The notes: generated by a model from the letters alone, not told the origin. A DNA stretch of 64,000 nt from Eutreptiella sp. 'Long Island Sound 2002' (GCA_964036045.1 OZ038378.1:162750001-162814000); one strand, 5' to 3'; numbered from the stretch's first letter, positions 14,001 through 28,025 are shown. A program made the numbers and translations.

Positions 14001-15094
14001 TGTTGCTTGTCAGCTAGATTTAAGGGGGAAGGGGAGTAGCAATATATTGGGGGTGCTTGTGGGGGGGTCAGGGTACCCCCCCCCCCAATTTTGAGGGTGG
14101 CGCTTTCAACCAAAAAATAGCATTTGGAAAGATTTAGATGTGTCTGGGTTTTGGGGCCTACAAAGGGGTTGGAAGGGTTAAAAATCGGGCATGACATCCC
14201 CAATGATACGATCCCACCCAAACTGCTAAAACTAGGCACTTTACCCCCCAAAATAGCCCATCCCTACCTTTAACCCCCCCTAAGCCACAAAAGTTCCAAA
14301 CCTTTTCCTTCCGTTTGCCCATTTTCATCCCTGATGGTCACGTTTAGGGAACAATAATGTCTCATGTCACCAAGTTTGTCCCTCAGTTGCCTCTTTTTAG
14401 GAGTCTAGATAGGAGTCTATCATCAGTGATGTCATGCCCTATTTTTAGCCCTTCCAATCCCTTTGTAGGCCCCAAAATCCACCCCCACCCGTCTAAATAC
14501 CTTCCAAAACATGTTTTTTTTGAGTTCCCCGCCCTCAAAATAGGGGGGTGGGTGTCCTTATTTCCCATTGAGGAACCACCCAATAGTAGGGGGTGGGGGG
14601 GGCAGAGAGTACACTATCACCTATGTTTATATACAGGCAGCCATGTAGTACCAATCTGGCCCAGCTATTGGGGTCCATGTGCCCGTGAAAGCTGTTTTCA
14701 AGCTAGATCAGCCTTTTTGGATAAATGGAGCTGCAAAACTCTACGGCCACGTTATGGGGCATTGTTAGAGGCAATTCTCTGTGAGGGAGGGTTGCTGAAT
14801 GCAAAGGGGGGTGTTGAAAAAAGTCAAAATGCCCCTCCCCCCCCTATCCATCTGGGCCCAAAATTGCATTTTCCTTTCAACTTTGAGCTGCAAAGGCATT
14901 CTTGGGTCCCAGCTGCATCGGGTTTGGTGAGGGTGGGTGTGATGAGCACTGCTGTAGTTCATGCTCAGGGTCACCTCAGGGTCCCCTCACCACGCACATA
15001 CTGTTCCGCTGGTGTGGGCCGTCAGGCACCATGGGATGTCTAGCGGCGGCGTTGCTTGGCCGCATCTCCTCCTACTCCTCCTCTTCCTCCCATG

Positions 15095-15133
<39 letters not shown>

Positions 15134-15749
15134 ACCGGGTGACCGGTAGGCAATATATGGTACCGGAGACTGCTTTTGTCGGGGCTGAAAAACATAGGAG
15201 GTAGGAGCACAGTAGGAGCCCAAACGCGATCACCGAGGGCGGTGTGAACTGACTTGATCACACGTGCACGTGGCATAGTGCATACACGACCTGCCCTGAT
15301 GTTGCACACTGACTGTGAAGTTCTGAACCCCAATCAGATGAGGCTGGCTGGCCTTCGTGGCAGTGCTTCTCAGGCTAGTACCGGTCCACGACTACTGCTG
15401 CGCGCCTGCTTCCTGCAGAAAGGCGCCTATTGGCGTTGAACATGCTTTGTCTTGTTTGACTGTCCAACTGACGAGAATTGAGCACTCAGCGCTTTTGTAA
15501 GTACCTGTTTGTCGCGTCTTATGTGTGTGTGTGTGTGTGTGTGTCTGTATCTGTTCTTGCTGGTGCTGGGCTTAGGTCGCTTTGCGTCATCCGCGCGCGC
15601 GCGCGCGTGTGTGCCTCGAACAATGTTTCTGTCTTTGTTTTGATTGGCCTGACGAGGTGTTTGGAGGCATTTGCTCCGTGACCCTGCCCTGCTGTGCTCC
15701 ATATCATCCACACTGGGCCTTCGGTCGTTGGTTCATTTGTTTCCCTGAA

Positions 15750-15784
<35 letters not shown>

Positions 15785-18700
15785 CACGGACTGTGCAGCA
15801 CGGATGACCAGGGAGACCACACAGTGGGTGTTGTGCTCCCAGAACAGTGCCACACACCCAGAACACCCAGTGCATTCCTCAGCTAGTGGTGCTCTTCTCC
15901 CTGTGCCATTTGTGCAGATCGTCCACAGCAGTCGAAACGTTTCAGAGTGACGTATGCAGAGACAATTGACCTCCTGATGCCCATTAATCACAGTATCGGC
16001 CTCAAGCAATTGCATGTCGCAGTGCCCCACATGGAAATTGTGTCCGTAAGATTGGATCATTTGCCAGTGAAGCAGCAAATTGAGCTTCTGGCAGACACAG
16101 GTTTGTGCCAGCACCCCCCCCCCCACCCACCACCATGTGTTTGTGAAGAATCAGGGGCCACATTTCCGCATGGTGTAGTTCCAAGTGCCTCCACACTCCG
16201 GACCACATTTGTGGATTGGGCTGTGGCTCGGTTGGAGCCCCACACCCCGACATGCAAACCCCCTTCAGTATTGCAACCTTTGTGATCGCACACATATCAT
16301 GCCCTGAGTGTTGTCCCTTTGTGACGAAGCAGGGGCCACGTGTCCCCAATCTGTCACATAGCAGGGACCAAACTTCCACACAATGTGTGAGGAGCAGGGA
16401 CCAAACTTCCACACAATGTGTGAGGAGCAGGGGCCACACTCCACACAATGTGTGAGGAGCAGGGGCCACACTCCACACAATGTGTGAGGAGCAGGGGCCA
16501 CACTCCACACAATGCGTGAGGTGGCAGGGGCCACACTCCACACAATGTGTGAGGAGCAGGGGCCACACTCCACACAATGTGTGAGGTGGCAGGAATCACA
16601 TTTCCGCACCATGTGCGAGGTGGCAGGGAACACGTTTCCACGCAATGTGTATGGGGACAATGCCAAACAGTGTGTGAGGGAGGGAGGAGGAACAATGCCA
16701 CACAATGTGTGAGGGAGCAGCGACCACACTTCCATGCAATGTCTGAGGGAGTCTGAGGGAGCAGGGACAATGCGTTGGTGCATTTTCCTGCTTACCCCAC
16801 CCCCTACCCCAGGGCTTCTTTAGAATAATTAAAAACCAAGGGGGGGGGAGCCCTCCCCCAAAACCCCCTCCTCCCCTCCCCCCCCCCTGCTCAAAAGAAG
16901 CCCTGCCCTATCCCCAACCTCATCCTACTTTTTGCGTTTTCTGGTTCTTTAGTAGACAAAGGCCTAAGTTGTATCTTGCTTCTATCCACTCCCTGAGCAG
17001 TACTTATTTCCTTTCTCCACCTCTCAGTTCCAAGTCCCCTCGTGTTTTTAGGCAGAATGGTTTCTAACACTGAATTTGAATCGGATGGCACCAATTCATT
17101 TAGCCCTGACAAGAAGCCGCAGTGTGTGTTTGGGCAAAGGTGGGGCTGGTGCCAAGCATCGCACCATGTTGGTGAACTCGACTGTGGCACATTTTCCAAA
17201 CAAACCCCTCTAGGAACACGAGAACTGGCAAAACAACCCATTTGTGTCGTGTTCCTCAGGTAGGGAGCCTGTGGTACACCAAACAAAGAGTTTTGTGGAC
17301 ACACATCTCGGTAGAAGGTGCCATTATTGAAGGCAAGGGTCCTTTGACTCGTGGGGGCTGTGGTCTGCCGACCCAAGCCCAGTGCCTAGAGCCTTCGGTG
17401 ACACGGCCTGTGATGCTCTTGTTCTCTGCACCGCAATCAATGTTGCCGCAGATGTCCTCGTGGCCCCCAAAGGGGACCCTCTGTACAGTCTGGTGCATTT
17501 GCGCGAGGGGGCAACGGTGATCGAGGCCATTAGCCGCCCGTACCCGTACTACAACGAGACGTTAGTGTTCCTGGATCCCGCCGCGCTGTGCCGTGCTCTG
17601 GGTCTAAAGTACAGGCAATACTTTCTGACGCACGTTGGGCAGGCCTGGGAGCAGCCAGCACCGAATGCCACCCATCTCGCGCTTCTCCTGGAGGAGGCGT
17701 ATACCTCACACAAGGTCTCCCTTTTCCTCCAGTCTGCTGTTTCCAAGGGGCTCCAACCGCCCGATCCGTCCGCCTCACGACATCACTGAGCAACCCCAGG
17801 GGCAATGCAGGGGTCTCATAAACCATCCCCATCCAACCTCTTGACCCCCCCACCTCTTCATGCAGCAGACGCTTGCGGGGCTGCAGGGGGACTGAGCTGC
17901 AGGGAGAATGGAAATGTGTGCTTCCAGGGCCAGATTTCTTTGCATGTCTGCTTCACCCAGAGTTTTCGCCGGTGTCCGAGAATGTCTGCAGTGCCCGTGA
18001 GTTTCTGCCTCAAGTTTCTCCCCTTCGGGTACTGACCAAGATTCAGCACCACCAGCGGAGGAGACATGCCCCCCCCCCCCCCGCTAGAATGTTGGGGTTT
18101 ACCAGGGTGCCGGACAAAGCTGACCTGAGGGAGGGTCGCAGGGAGGCTAGAGCATGATATGCCGTGCATTGCACGGTATCATGTGGCGTTGTGCTCAGCA
18201 GGGCGGACATGCACCGATGCTTTGCCACATTTCTGTTAGACTTCGCCATTTGTGCAATGGCTCGAATGGCTTATGGCCTCCCACCTTCAAGTAGTCAGGA
18301 AACCATTGCCCATCACCTTCGGCTCAATCCCAAATTAAAGCGCAAACCAAATCAAATCAGTTCAAAGAAATTGTGATCTGCGGTCGGGCTCATCCAGCTT
18401 TCATCCACCCGCACCCTCTCCCCATGCCCCGTGTGCCACCAACCGATGATCAGAGACGTCAGATGCGGGAAAGGACCGCATGTCATTTCAAGTACTGGTG
18501 CGCATGCAACATCGCAACGCAAGCCCATCGCAAACGGCAGGGGATGGCAGGAGGACTCAACAGCAAGGCACAGCACACCCAACACCCTGGGCTTCTGTTG
18601 TGTGAACCTTTTTTTTGATGGAGGTTTGGTTCAGTGTTCGCGGCAATGCACTATCAGAACAAAAACTCTTGCAAGCCAATGGACTTAGCAGCTGTGGGCT

Positions 18701-21700
18701 GAAGGCAGATTAGGAGCTGTGGGCAGGCTGTTGTAGTACATCTGTGAGTCCAATGCCCTGGTACATGCTATTCTTGAAAATGATGAATTTAATGAGGAGA
18801 ATGCTGATCAGGATATCATGCGTTTGTATGGGGACGTTAGGAACAACAATGCCATGCCCCCCCACAGAAAGTTGAGCTGATTGAGTCTGTATCAGATTCT
18901 GATGTAGAGTTGCAAGATGTGGAATCTGAGTTACTGGAACACGTGGAATCAGAAGCACTATCCAAACTAGCGTGTAGCAACAAAAGCAGGTCACACAACA
19001 GACATGGCACTGGACACCTCGATGGGTACCGCCCGGCACTGAGCAGCCTTGCGCTTGGAATTCCGCTTCCCTCCTCCCTTCCTGAGTTGCAGAGTGTGGT
19101 ACACTCAGGCGGGGGAGACAGTCTCGGTAGGCAGGCTTTCCCCTGAGTTGGGCCTTGGTTTGGATTTGGGCTGCAATGGAGCCCTTCAGAGGTAGATTGC
19201 GTTTTAGACCCTGAGTGGCTAGCGCAGCTAAGGATCACCAATGCCATTTGAAGTCTCTGAAGAACTTGCCTGCAAAAAAATCTGAGCACAACGGAATGTC
19301 GCGCAAAGTGGGTGCACAACTAAGGTCACGTATGGAACTTGAAGTCTTCAAAGAAGTTGCAGGCAAAATCAGATCACAACTACTCACCATCTGGAATGTC
19401 ATGCCAGGTGGGTGCACAACGTAGTTGATGACATCCATGGAATGTAGAGTGTGGCCTTGTTTGTGAAATTATGAAAGATGGCCAGAAACGACTGGGGACC
19501 GATGTGCCTGTGGACATAACTACTGCAAGAAATAGCACAGTGACTAAATTTGGCCTCCGAAAGAAGAGCCTAATTCCAATAGGGGTGGTTGGACACTGGC
19601 GCTCTAACCCCCCACCCCCCCTTTTCGGAGAAGTTTTCCTCCGGCCTCGGAAGAGCCATGTCCCACCAGGCCTTGGGAACAATTCTTGGTTCCTAATGCT
19701 ATTTGAAAAACAAGCTGTACTGCTGCACCCTTGTCTTTTGGTACATGCAGAGGGTTGTCGAGCACCGTGGTGCGTTGTGCGGTGTCCTTGCGAGCCACGC
19801 AAACAGGGCATGTGTTGCACAAGGAAGCAAGCACATGGCTACCAAAACCACTGCTCAAAACAAACTTCTGCCGGAGACCGCATCCCTTCGGTGCACAAGA
19901 TGGGGAACAGCAAATGGTCCGCTGTCCATGGTAACATGTGTGCCTGTCACGTGTAAGCGCGGCATTGTCTAAGCAGAGGATCCCTGTCTGCCCCTAGTTT
20001 CCGCTGACCAGGGCTGTGCAAGGGGGCATCGGACTCATTGACCATGGCCATCTCTCTGCCAGAGACTCACAGATAGACCCAAACGACTTGCTTTTTCCAG
20101 GGGCATCGGCAAGACAACTCCCAAGCAGCGCCTGTGCGATTTTTGTCGCCGCAGACTCTTGGGTGTGAAGGCGTCAAGCTGTGGTCCACGCCCATCAAAT
20201 TCGGAGGTTGGGGGGATGGCCATTCCAAAAATGGCTGGTGGAAACGCGTCTGGATCGTGAGCCCAGGCGTGGCCAAGGTCCCGTTCAGGTGTGCATGTGC
20301 TTTCATGACCCCTCAAGTGGGTCGCGTGCGCATTGTTTTCGAACGGCCGAGGCTGCTCGACCCCATTTCGGGAGGGGTTTGGGCGTGTCCTCCAGCACTG
20401 GCAAGAAAGTCCGTCCGAGACCAACCCCCCTCCACGGGGGGGGGGGGGCGGCCGGGCTCGGTCCTTGTATGCGACCCCCCCCCCCCCCCCGAGTTTTGAA
20501 AGATAGCGGTGCAGGGGCCATGGCGCCAACGGCGCCAACTTTTTTGTTGCATGCTTAATTGAAGGGGGTACTATGCCTTTAGTCCTTAAGACCCTTAAGA
20601 CTTTCTTCCTGGCAAAGACGAGAAATCGCTCTCATCGCATACATGACCCCCCCCCCCCCCCACAAGTTTTGACAGATAGCTGGGCGGTGGGTCGCATCAG
20701 GACCGTGCCCCCCTTCCCCCCTCCCCCGTGCATGCCTGGACATGCAGCGCACCGCTGATGGGCAACACCTGGTGATCTGGAACCCCCTGGCCCTGTAGGC
20801 ACTGTGCGCGTCCATAGTAGTGGAGAGCAGCCTTCGGATTTCGCGGTGATGAGAACGATTGCATGTGACGCCTGCCGGTGGATCCCCTTTCCTGAGTTGC
20901 GGAGTGTGGCGGACTCAGGCGGGGCTGACGGTCTCGGTAGGCAGGCTTTCCCCAGAGTTGGGCCCTCGTTTGGATTTTGGCCGCAGTCGAGCTTCTCGGG
21001 CCCGAAGCGAAACTTTCTCTTCAGTTGCTTATGCTGTAGTGCTGCCTGGTGCCAGTCATACAGCACCAATTCTGATTCGGAAGAGTCTGCTGGAGGGCTG
21101 CATAGACCAAATCCTCGGAACAAATTTGCCATAGCAATGGAATCGCCGTGCGCCACTGTGTGGGCAAACGCCGAGCTGCCACCCACTGGTAGCACTCGTC
21201 CTCGGAGCGGCTGCCCGGGCGAGTGATAGTGCTCCAGTACGATACTAATGCCCAAGCAATGCCCTCCTGGACCAATGTTTTTTTGTTTTAAATTGTCCGC
21301 AGGGCCAAGTTTTAACTGGCAGCTCATGGCCCCCCGGTCGGTTGCGTGTTGAGTTATTGTATCAAGCTTTGGTGGCCAAAAATCTGCGGTTGGGGTGCGG
21401 TAGGGTAAGCCCCCAAAAGGAAGGAATGCCAAGGAAGGCGACTGCAGCGCCTTACAAAACGGGCGGTCCCATGACCCGGAGTGGCAAGGTATGGTCCATG
21501 GTACTGCCCCAAAGTGTCCCGCGTGTTGGTGATGCCAGGGGTACCCCGGGCCATTCGCACACACCCCCTCCCAGGCGTTCGCGAGCCCTGTCACGCCCAC
21601 CCTGAGGCCCATTGCGACGAGCCAACCCCCCATCCAACCCAGGCACGGCTCGGTTGTGCCAGTGTTCCCGTTGCAAGCGATGCGTACCGCTTTCGATTCC

Positions 21701-24700
21701 CCATCCGCACGAACACTGACGCACGATCTGGTGCCATGGTGTCCGTCCCGACCATGACTCGATCGGAAGCATCGGCCGGACCAATGTTATTGCTACGCCG
21801 CCGGATGCAATGAGTGCCCCAGTCTGCAAGCGCAACGGCCTGTAGGTGTCCATTCTGGTTCGTGTTTCCAATGGAGATAGGCTGAGAGCCACGCCTCCTC
21901 CTCCTCCTCCTCCTCCTCCTCCTCCTCCTCTTCCTCCTCCTTTGCAAGCCTGTTTTGGTGCAGACGTGGCAAGGCCACCATACCCGCCCTGCCCTGCATT
22001 GTATTGCACGACCAGAAGGCATTACAGCCCCCATCCGTTGCGGATGTCCGTCCTCGTGCATGCGCAACCCCCAAAGGCCCGTGCTGCCGCCTGCTCGGCT
22101 CCATTCGTATTAGGATTGGGTGGTCACCATAAAAGTGGTTGCCACTCAACATGCCGGGAGTGAGCCTTGGGAGGGGTGGTATCAAAAGGGTCAAATAAGA
22201 TGGGCGCAACGTAGACTGCACACGCATACCCTACACACACCCAACAATCCTTCCACATGCCATCCTCCCGTGTAAACCCCGCGACCCGCAGCCCTGCCCG
22301 ACACCCGCTCCCCTGTCCAGGGCCAGCAGCAGCTATTGGGTTCGCATGTGGCGTGAAATCGAGGCAATCCGCAACTTTACAAACCCTTTCACCGCGAAAC
22401 TGCTCGGGTTGTGCAGTGACAGTGTACGGAACAAGTACCTGTTCATGCAGGAGTCGCTGCCGGGGGATATGGATGTATGTTTCTGCTACGCGCAGTGCTG
22501 GTCTTCCAGTTTTCCGGTCAGCATGTTGTTGCTGATGCAGACGTCCCTGCTGCAGCTGCTCGTTTGATGGTTGTTGCCTGACGCTTGGCATAGCCCTCGC
22601 ACATGCCAATGCCCAAGCTAAGCTGGCAGCTTGACCCAGCAAGGCCCACAGGTGTTGGGTTTAGGCGAAGCGGAGGAGGGCGTCGCAACACACTTCGGGA
22701 CGTCTGATAGAGCAGGCATCTCCCGCTGACTGTACCCTCCGTTCACACACCCCAAGGCCCCGTCCTCCCCCTAATTTTCAGGGAGCCAGGAGGCTCTGCA
22801 GACTGCACACGAGCCACAAAGCAGCTTGCATGAGGTGTTCTCACAGCTTTTCGAACCTGAGCATTCATGCCTTGAATGATTTGGAGCGTGTTGGCGATCA
22901 GTTGTGCATTGTGGGTTGCCCTCCCCTGAAGGCCCCATGAGACCAGACCACCCTACCCAGCAGGGTGCCAAGGGAGACGGGTATGGAAGCCGAAACCTGG
23001 ATTCACCCAAGGTCAAATGGTGTGATAGAAGCCTTGCCGCACCACCCAACGCAGCTGGCAGTGCCAAACTCAGGGGGTGCAACCGGTGCGGACTTCTGGG
23101 GCGAGCATGAGAACAGGTCAATCATGCGTACATGCGGGGGAAACAGTAAATGATGGGCACCTGCTCGACAGAGTGATCTGCCTATGACTCGAAATGGAGA
23201 CGTGCAGACTACAATTTTTGATACTGTTTAGGGCTTACGGAATGCAATGTGCGGTACTGGGCAAGAACTTGGAGAGACGTTGGTGCATATGCAAGATGTT
23301 GTGCCACCGGAAGAAGGGGTTCTTCACAGGACCAGCTGGCCAATGGGCCTATTGGCACGCACAGCTGTCACCATGGCACCAGCTTCTGTGTTTTATGCCA
23401 ATGTTACTCTGCACGTTTGAGTTGTGCAAGTGGTCTAGCACAACGCCGGAGAGCATTTTTGGTCTGGGTAACCCACAGCTTTGTCCAACGACCACCCGCT
23501 GGTCGCTATAAAATGTCTAACGACCGAGGGGAAGTGGCGTAATGCGGCGAAACATCGTTGGCCGTTGCGCGAGAGAGGGGGCGGGGGGGGGGATGCATCT
23601 CGCCCGTCTGCAACCCCAACCCCCGAACCCGATACGGCTATCGTTTGGCCATAGGTACCTATCGTTCGGCCATGGGTACCTATCGTTCGGCCATGGGTAC
23701 CTATCATTTGGGCATAGTTACCTAGCCTTTGGGCATAGGTACCTATCCTTTGGGCATAGGTACCTGTCCTTTGGGCATAGGTACCTATCGTTGGGCCAGA
23801 GGTACGTATTGTTTCGGCATCGATAACTATCGTTTGGGCACAGGTACCTATCGTGTGGCCATAGGTACCTATCATTTGGGCATAGTTACCTATCGTTTGT
23901 GCATAGGTACCTATCGTTTGGGCATAGGTACCTATCGTTTGGGCATAGGTACCTATTGTTTGGGCATAGGGTAGGGTTTATGTATCCTCGCCGCCTTGGG
24001 GACCCTCAAACGGCAGGGGTGATGCGGCCATGTATCTTGAAACAATGCCAAAACATGCACAACACCCAAGCACAAGACAGACATGTGACAGGGTCGTTCC
24101 AGTGTCCTCCACAGCTATGCCAAATCCAAGGCACCAAGTGCGCGAGCAACAGCCAAGACAATGTTTGGGCTCCAGTTTTGGGCTCCAGTTTTGGGCTCCA
24201 GACCCCCCCCCCCTTGAGGAGATCTGTGGGCGCAGGTTTTGGTTGACCTTTTCCCCATAGGCTCTTCCCGCGCCTCACTGCTGCATTCCGCTCCTCTCCC
24301 TTCCTGGCCGCGCTCTTCAGGCCCTTACAAACAACACCTTTGTAAATGCACTGTCTGGCTATCTGCATCTTTGGCCAACTCAAAAGCAGGTACCTATCTC
24401 TCATGTATTGAAGTGAAGTGACCAAGCACCTCGGAGGACACCTTGGATCCGCCCCCCCCCAGCCAGGGATGCATTGGAAGGGGGGGGGTACCCCCCCCCC
24501 CCCCTCGAGGGCGCCCAGTCTATGCCCAGCTGGTGTCTCCCTGACGCCGAGTGCCGGCTTCAATGGCATTTGTAGCCGACAGTATCCGCCCCCAACCGCT
24601 TTGGCAGCCTTCTCCAATCGCCTGTGTGACCGCGTCTATGGCCGCCTCTGAGGCCCCTTCCCTTCTAATGCATCCCTGCCCCCAGCCCCCGTCGCCTTGC

Positions 24701-27700
24701 CCACATGCGGTATTGTTCAGCATCAGCCGTCCACAATACAGAAGGTTCCATGCACAAAACTTGAACAACTATGGCATCCTGGAACCATCAGCCATTCCAT
24801 TTTTCCTGGCCTAAATCCTTCATCCCCCCGCCTTTCTTCCGCGTACTTGGATGGGCACAGAGAAGAGGATCTGCAGGAGAGAGTGTGCCTCCGCCACCAA
24901 GGGCCCCCAGCCTTTGGGGCAGGTGCTATCCGTATGGGGCAGCGGCACCACTGCCATGCCCAGCGCCAGGGCGGTCCTGAAGGAACCCACCCCCAGGGAC
25001 CACCAAGCGCCAAACACCAACCGCCACCAACCGCCAATCGCCAATCGCCACCAACCGCCAAACACCAACCGCCACCAACCGCCAATCGCCAATCGCCACC
25101 AACCGCCAAACACCAACCGCCACCAACCGCCAATCGCCAATCGCCACCAACCGCCAAACACCAACCGCCACCAACCGCCAATCGCCAATCGCCACCAAGC
25201 GCCAACCGTCAACCGCCACCAACCGCCAATCGCCAATCGCCACCAACCGCCAACCGTCAACCGCCACCAACCGCCAATCGCCAATCGCCATCAACCATGG
25301 TTGAACATATGCGCTGCACGCGGTCTTTTTGCAAAACTGCCGTTGCGGAACGCCTTTTTTCCCCCTCTCTTGAGGACCGCCCTGCCTAGTGCTGCACATT
25401 TAGAGCTGCGATGAGTGTGATGACCTCCGCAAGCCTCACCAGTCTGAACGCCTACAAGCGGATCCCGTCCTGCGGTGTGGCGGCTCCGCCCCGACCTCTT
25501 GCATGATGTGTCGGACTGTGCGCCACCGCCCGTGTCCGTTCAACACGTTGGCACACACCCGGACATCCGCAGCTGTTGTGCGAACTTTGATGGCCGTGAC
25601 TGCGTGTGGGTGAGCGCAGACACTCCACTTTGCCCAGTGTCCCCAGTGCCCCCATTGAGGACCATGAACGGACATGGCGGGGCGCGTGTGCGTACCCAAG
25701 GGCTTGGGTGTACTTCACTGCCTCCGGCAAGGGCCGTGGTGGTTCTCAGCCCCGAGTCCAGCGCGGGGCAGCCTGAGACGAGTTGATTGGCCTGTCGAGT
25801 GCCCCCGTACGCAGGTGGCGCATCAGTGGACGTCGATATGGTGCTGGGCACACTCCTGACCCATCCTCTCGTCTTTTAATTCGGCGGAACGTCTTTGGGT
25901 TGGGGCGGATCCTTCCTCCGCCATGCGTGGGCCCAAATGCCGCTGTGCGCAGGGGCGTGTCGCGTGCGCTGCACAGCTGCGACCTGTGCTCATGGAGTGC
26001 GACTGGGCACCGGTCGAGCGCCGCACAAATGGTCCGGGCACCGCCCGCGCGTTGTACTGCGCTGCCGCGCGTGGAGACGGTGGGGCGTTCCCCCGCAGCG
26101 GTACAGCGGCAGTGCCGGAGGACGGGCGGTGGGTAGTTTGGTGCAGCGGTTCACTGGTGGTACACTGTCGAGCACAACGGTGCGCGTGCAGCGCCGTACC
26201 ACACCGGAGGTGCGCCGACCATTCGGGCAGTGTACAATGGAGCTCAGCGGTGCACAGTGTACAGGGGGTGGCACGGTCACGTGCCGCGGTGTGTAGGTGG
26301 TGCATAGCCAACTGCAGCAGGGCAGGCGGCGGGACAATCCCCTGATCAGGGTCTTTTCTGAGTGTGTGTCCTACCCTACGGGGGGGGTGGGAGCCCATCA
26401 GGGGCAGACCAACCGTGAGGGGGAAAAGGACATATGGTGGACGGCCCGGACAGCGCGTGGAGGAACAGGGCACCTGGGCCTCACAGAAACACAGCGAGGC
26501 AGGCTATGGACGGCCTGTGGACAGAGGTGTGTGGACAGCAAAAACAGTCAAACGACCCTGGCAACAACCACCACATCCTCAATACGCCAACTACTGGGCG
26601 CCGCTGACACGCAAACAGCACACCATGCCACATCCAGCACAGTCCCAACACACCAACTACTGGGCGCCGCGGACGCGGAAACGACACCAGCAAGAGCACC
26701 GGCTGCAGCAGCTGACAGACAGCAGCGACTCGACGCAACATGCGAAGGGAAGAACGGGTGACTGTCCAGGGCCCTGTAAAGGAGCAACAACCAGACGGAA
26801 TGTCACACAGGGGGTGGATTCGTCAGAATTCCTGAGTGGGTGGGTTTCCAACGCCCCTCCCCCCCCCTCTCCCCGTAGGGTAGGCGATTGTGGGGGACTT
26901 TGGGTCAGCGCCAAAGGCGCTGGTTGAGGCATTTTGCCGGTGGTAAGGCATTTTTCCTGTGGTAGTTGGGTGGGTGGGTGGGTGGGTGTCCAATAGCCCC
27001 CCCCCCCCGTGGGGGGTGGGGCATTTGTGGGTTTTGCCACAAATCTGTGGTGGGTGGGTCCCTCAAATCACACCCCCCCCGCCCCCCCCCCCCCCCCGGT
27101 GGTTAAGCACAACCCCGCCCCTGATGCCGTGGCGGCCACCTCCGTGAGATGCCCTGTGCTACGGTGCGTGCCGGCAGGTCCTGTACGCCTTCTATGGCGA
27201 CGCGGGTGCCAAGAACTGGCGCTTCGCACGCGACGGGGGTCTCCGGATGTTCGACTTCGACAGCCTGTTCATAGTCCTGGCGAACACGGCCTGCGGATCG
27301 GAATCGTATTGCGGGGGTGGCGGCGGGCGGAAGACGTCCGCCTGCGTGCAGGGCCGCTGCGACCCGAAAGGTGCGTGATTGCCATACTGTAAGCGAAGGG
27401 ATGCCACCCCAGTCTAGCAACTGGAACCAGCCCCCCTCCACCTCCCCCCCTTTTCCAAGGCGCGGCATGCCCCACGTGCGTACTCGGACGGACCGCATTG
27501 ATTTTGGGGGCCTGATTGCCATTTGCTTCCAAATGTGGCGCTGCAGTGGACAATGCCGATCGAGTTGGAAGTCAGTGATTTGCTATTTGCACCGTGGTGC
27601 GTGTCTTTATGGCCATTCTGTTCGACCCTTGCGGCGTGGTCTCTTTCGTTGTTGTTGTAGTTGTTGTTGTAGTTGTTGTTGTTGTTGTTGTTATTACTGT

Positions 27701-27723
27701 TGTTGTTGTTGTTGTTGTTGTAG

Positions 27724-27757
<34 letters not shown>

Positions 27758-27836
27758 GTTGTTGTTGTTGTCATTGTTGTTGTTGTTGTTGTTGTGTTGT
27801 TTTTGTTGTTGTTGTTGTTTTTGTTGTTGTTGTTGT

Positions 27837-27914
<78 letters not shown>

Positions 27915-27947
27915 GTTTATTGTTGTTGTTGTTGTTGTTGTTGTTGG

Positions 27948-28025
<78 letters not shown>

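Noticed and set aside
11728-14251. Paired identical ORFs on opposite strands
   Set aside because: A consequence of the palindrome; no recognisable protein motifs.
15036-15095. MSSGGVAWPHLLLLLLFLP as a signal-peptide exon
   Set aside because: It arises from a CTC-rich run, runs into (GT)n, and is not needed once the upstream exons are chained.
16350-16740. 30-bp repeat as a CRISPR array
   Set aside because: Units are head-to-tail with no unique spacers, there are no cas genes, and the context is a eukaryotic intron.
23435-25414. GHRYLSF, IGTY and PPTANRQ repeat proteins
   Set aside because: Products of the 21-bp and 48-bp minisatellites inside introns.
26355-26366. ttctgagtgt match to the euglenid spliced leader
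   Set aside because: Only about 10 nt, expected by chance, with no SL RNA context.
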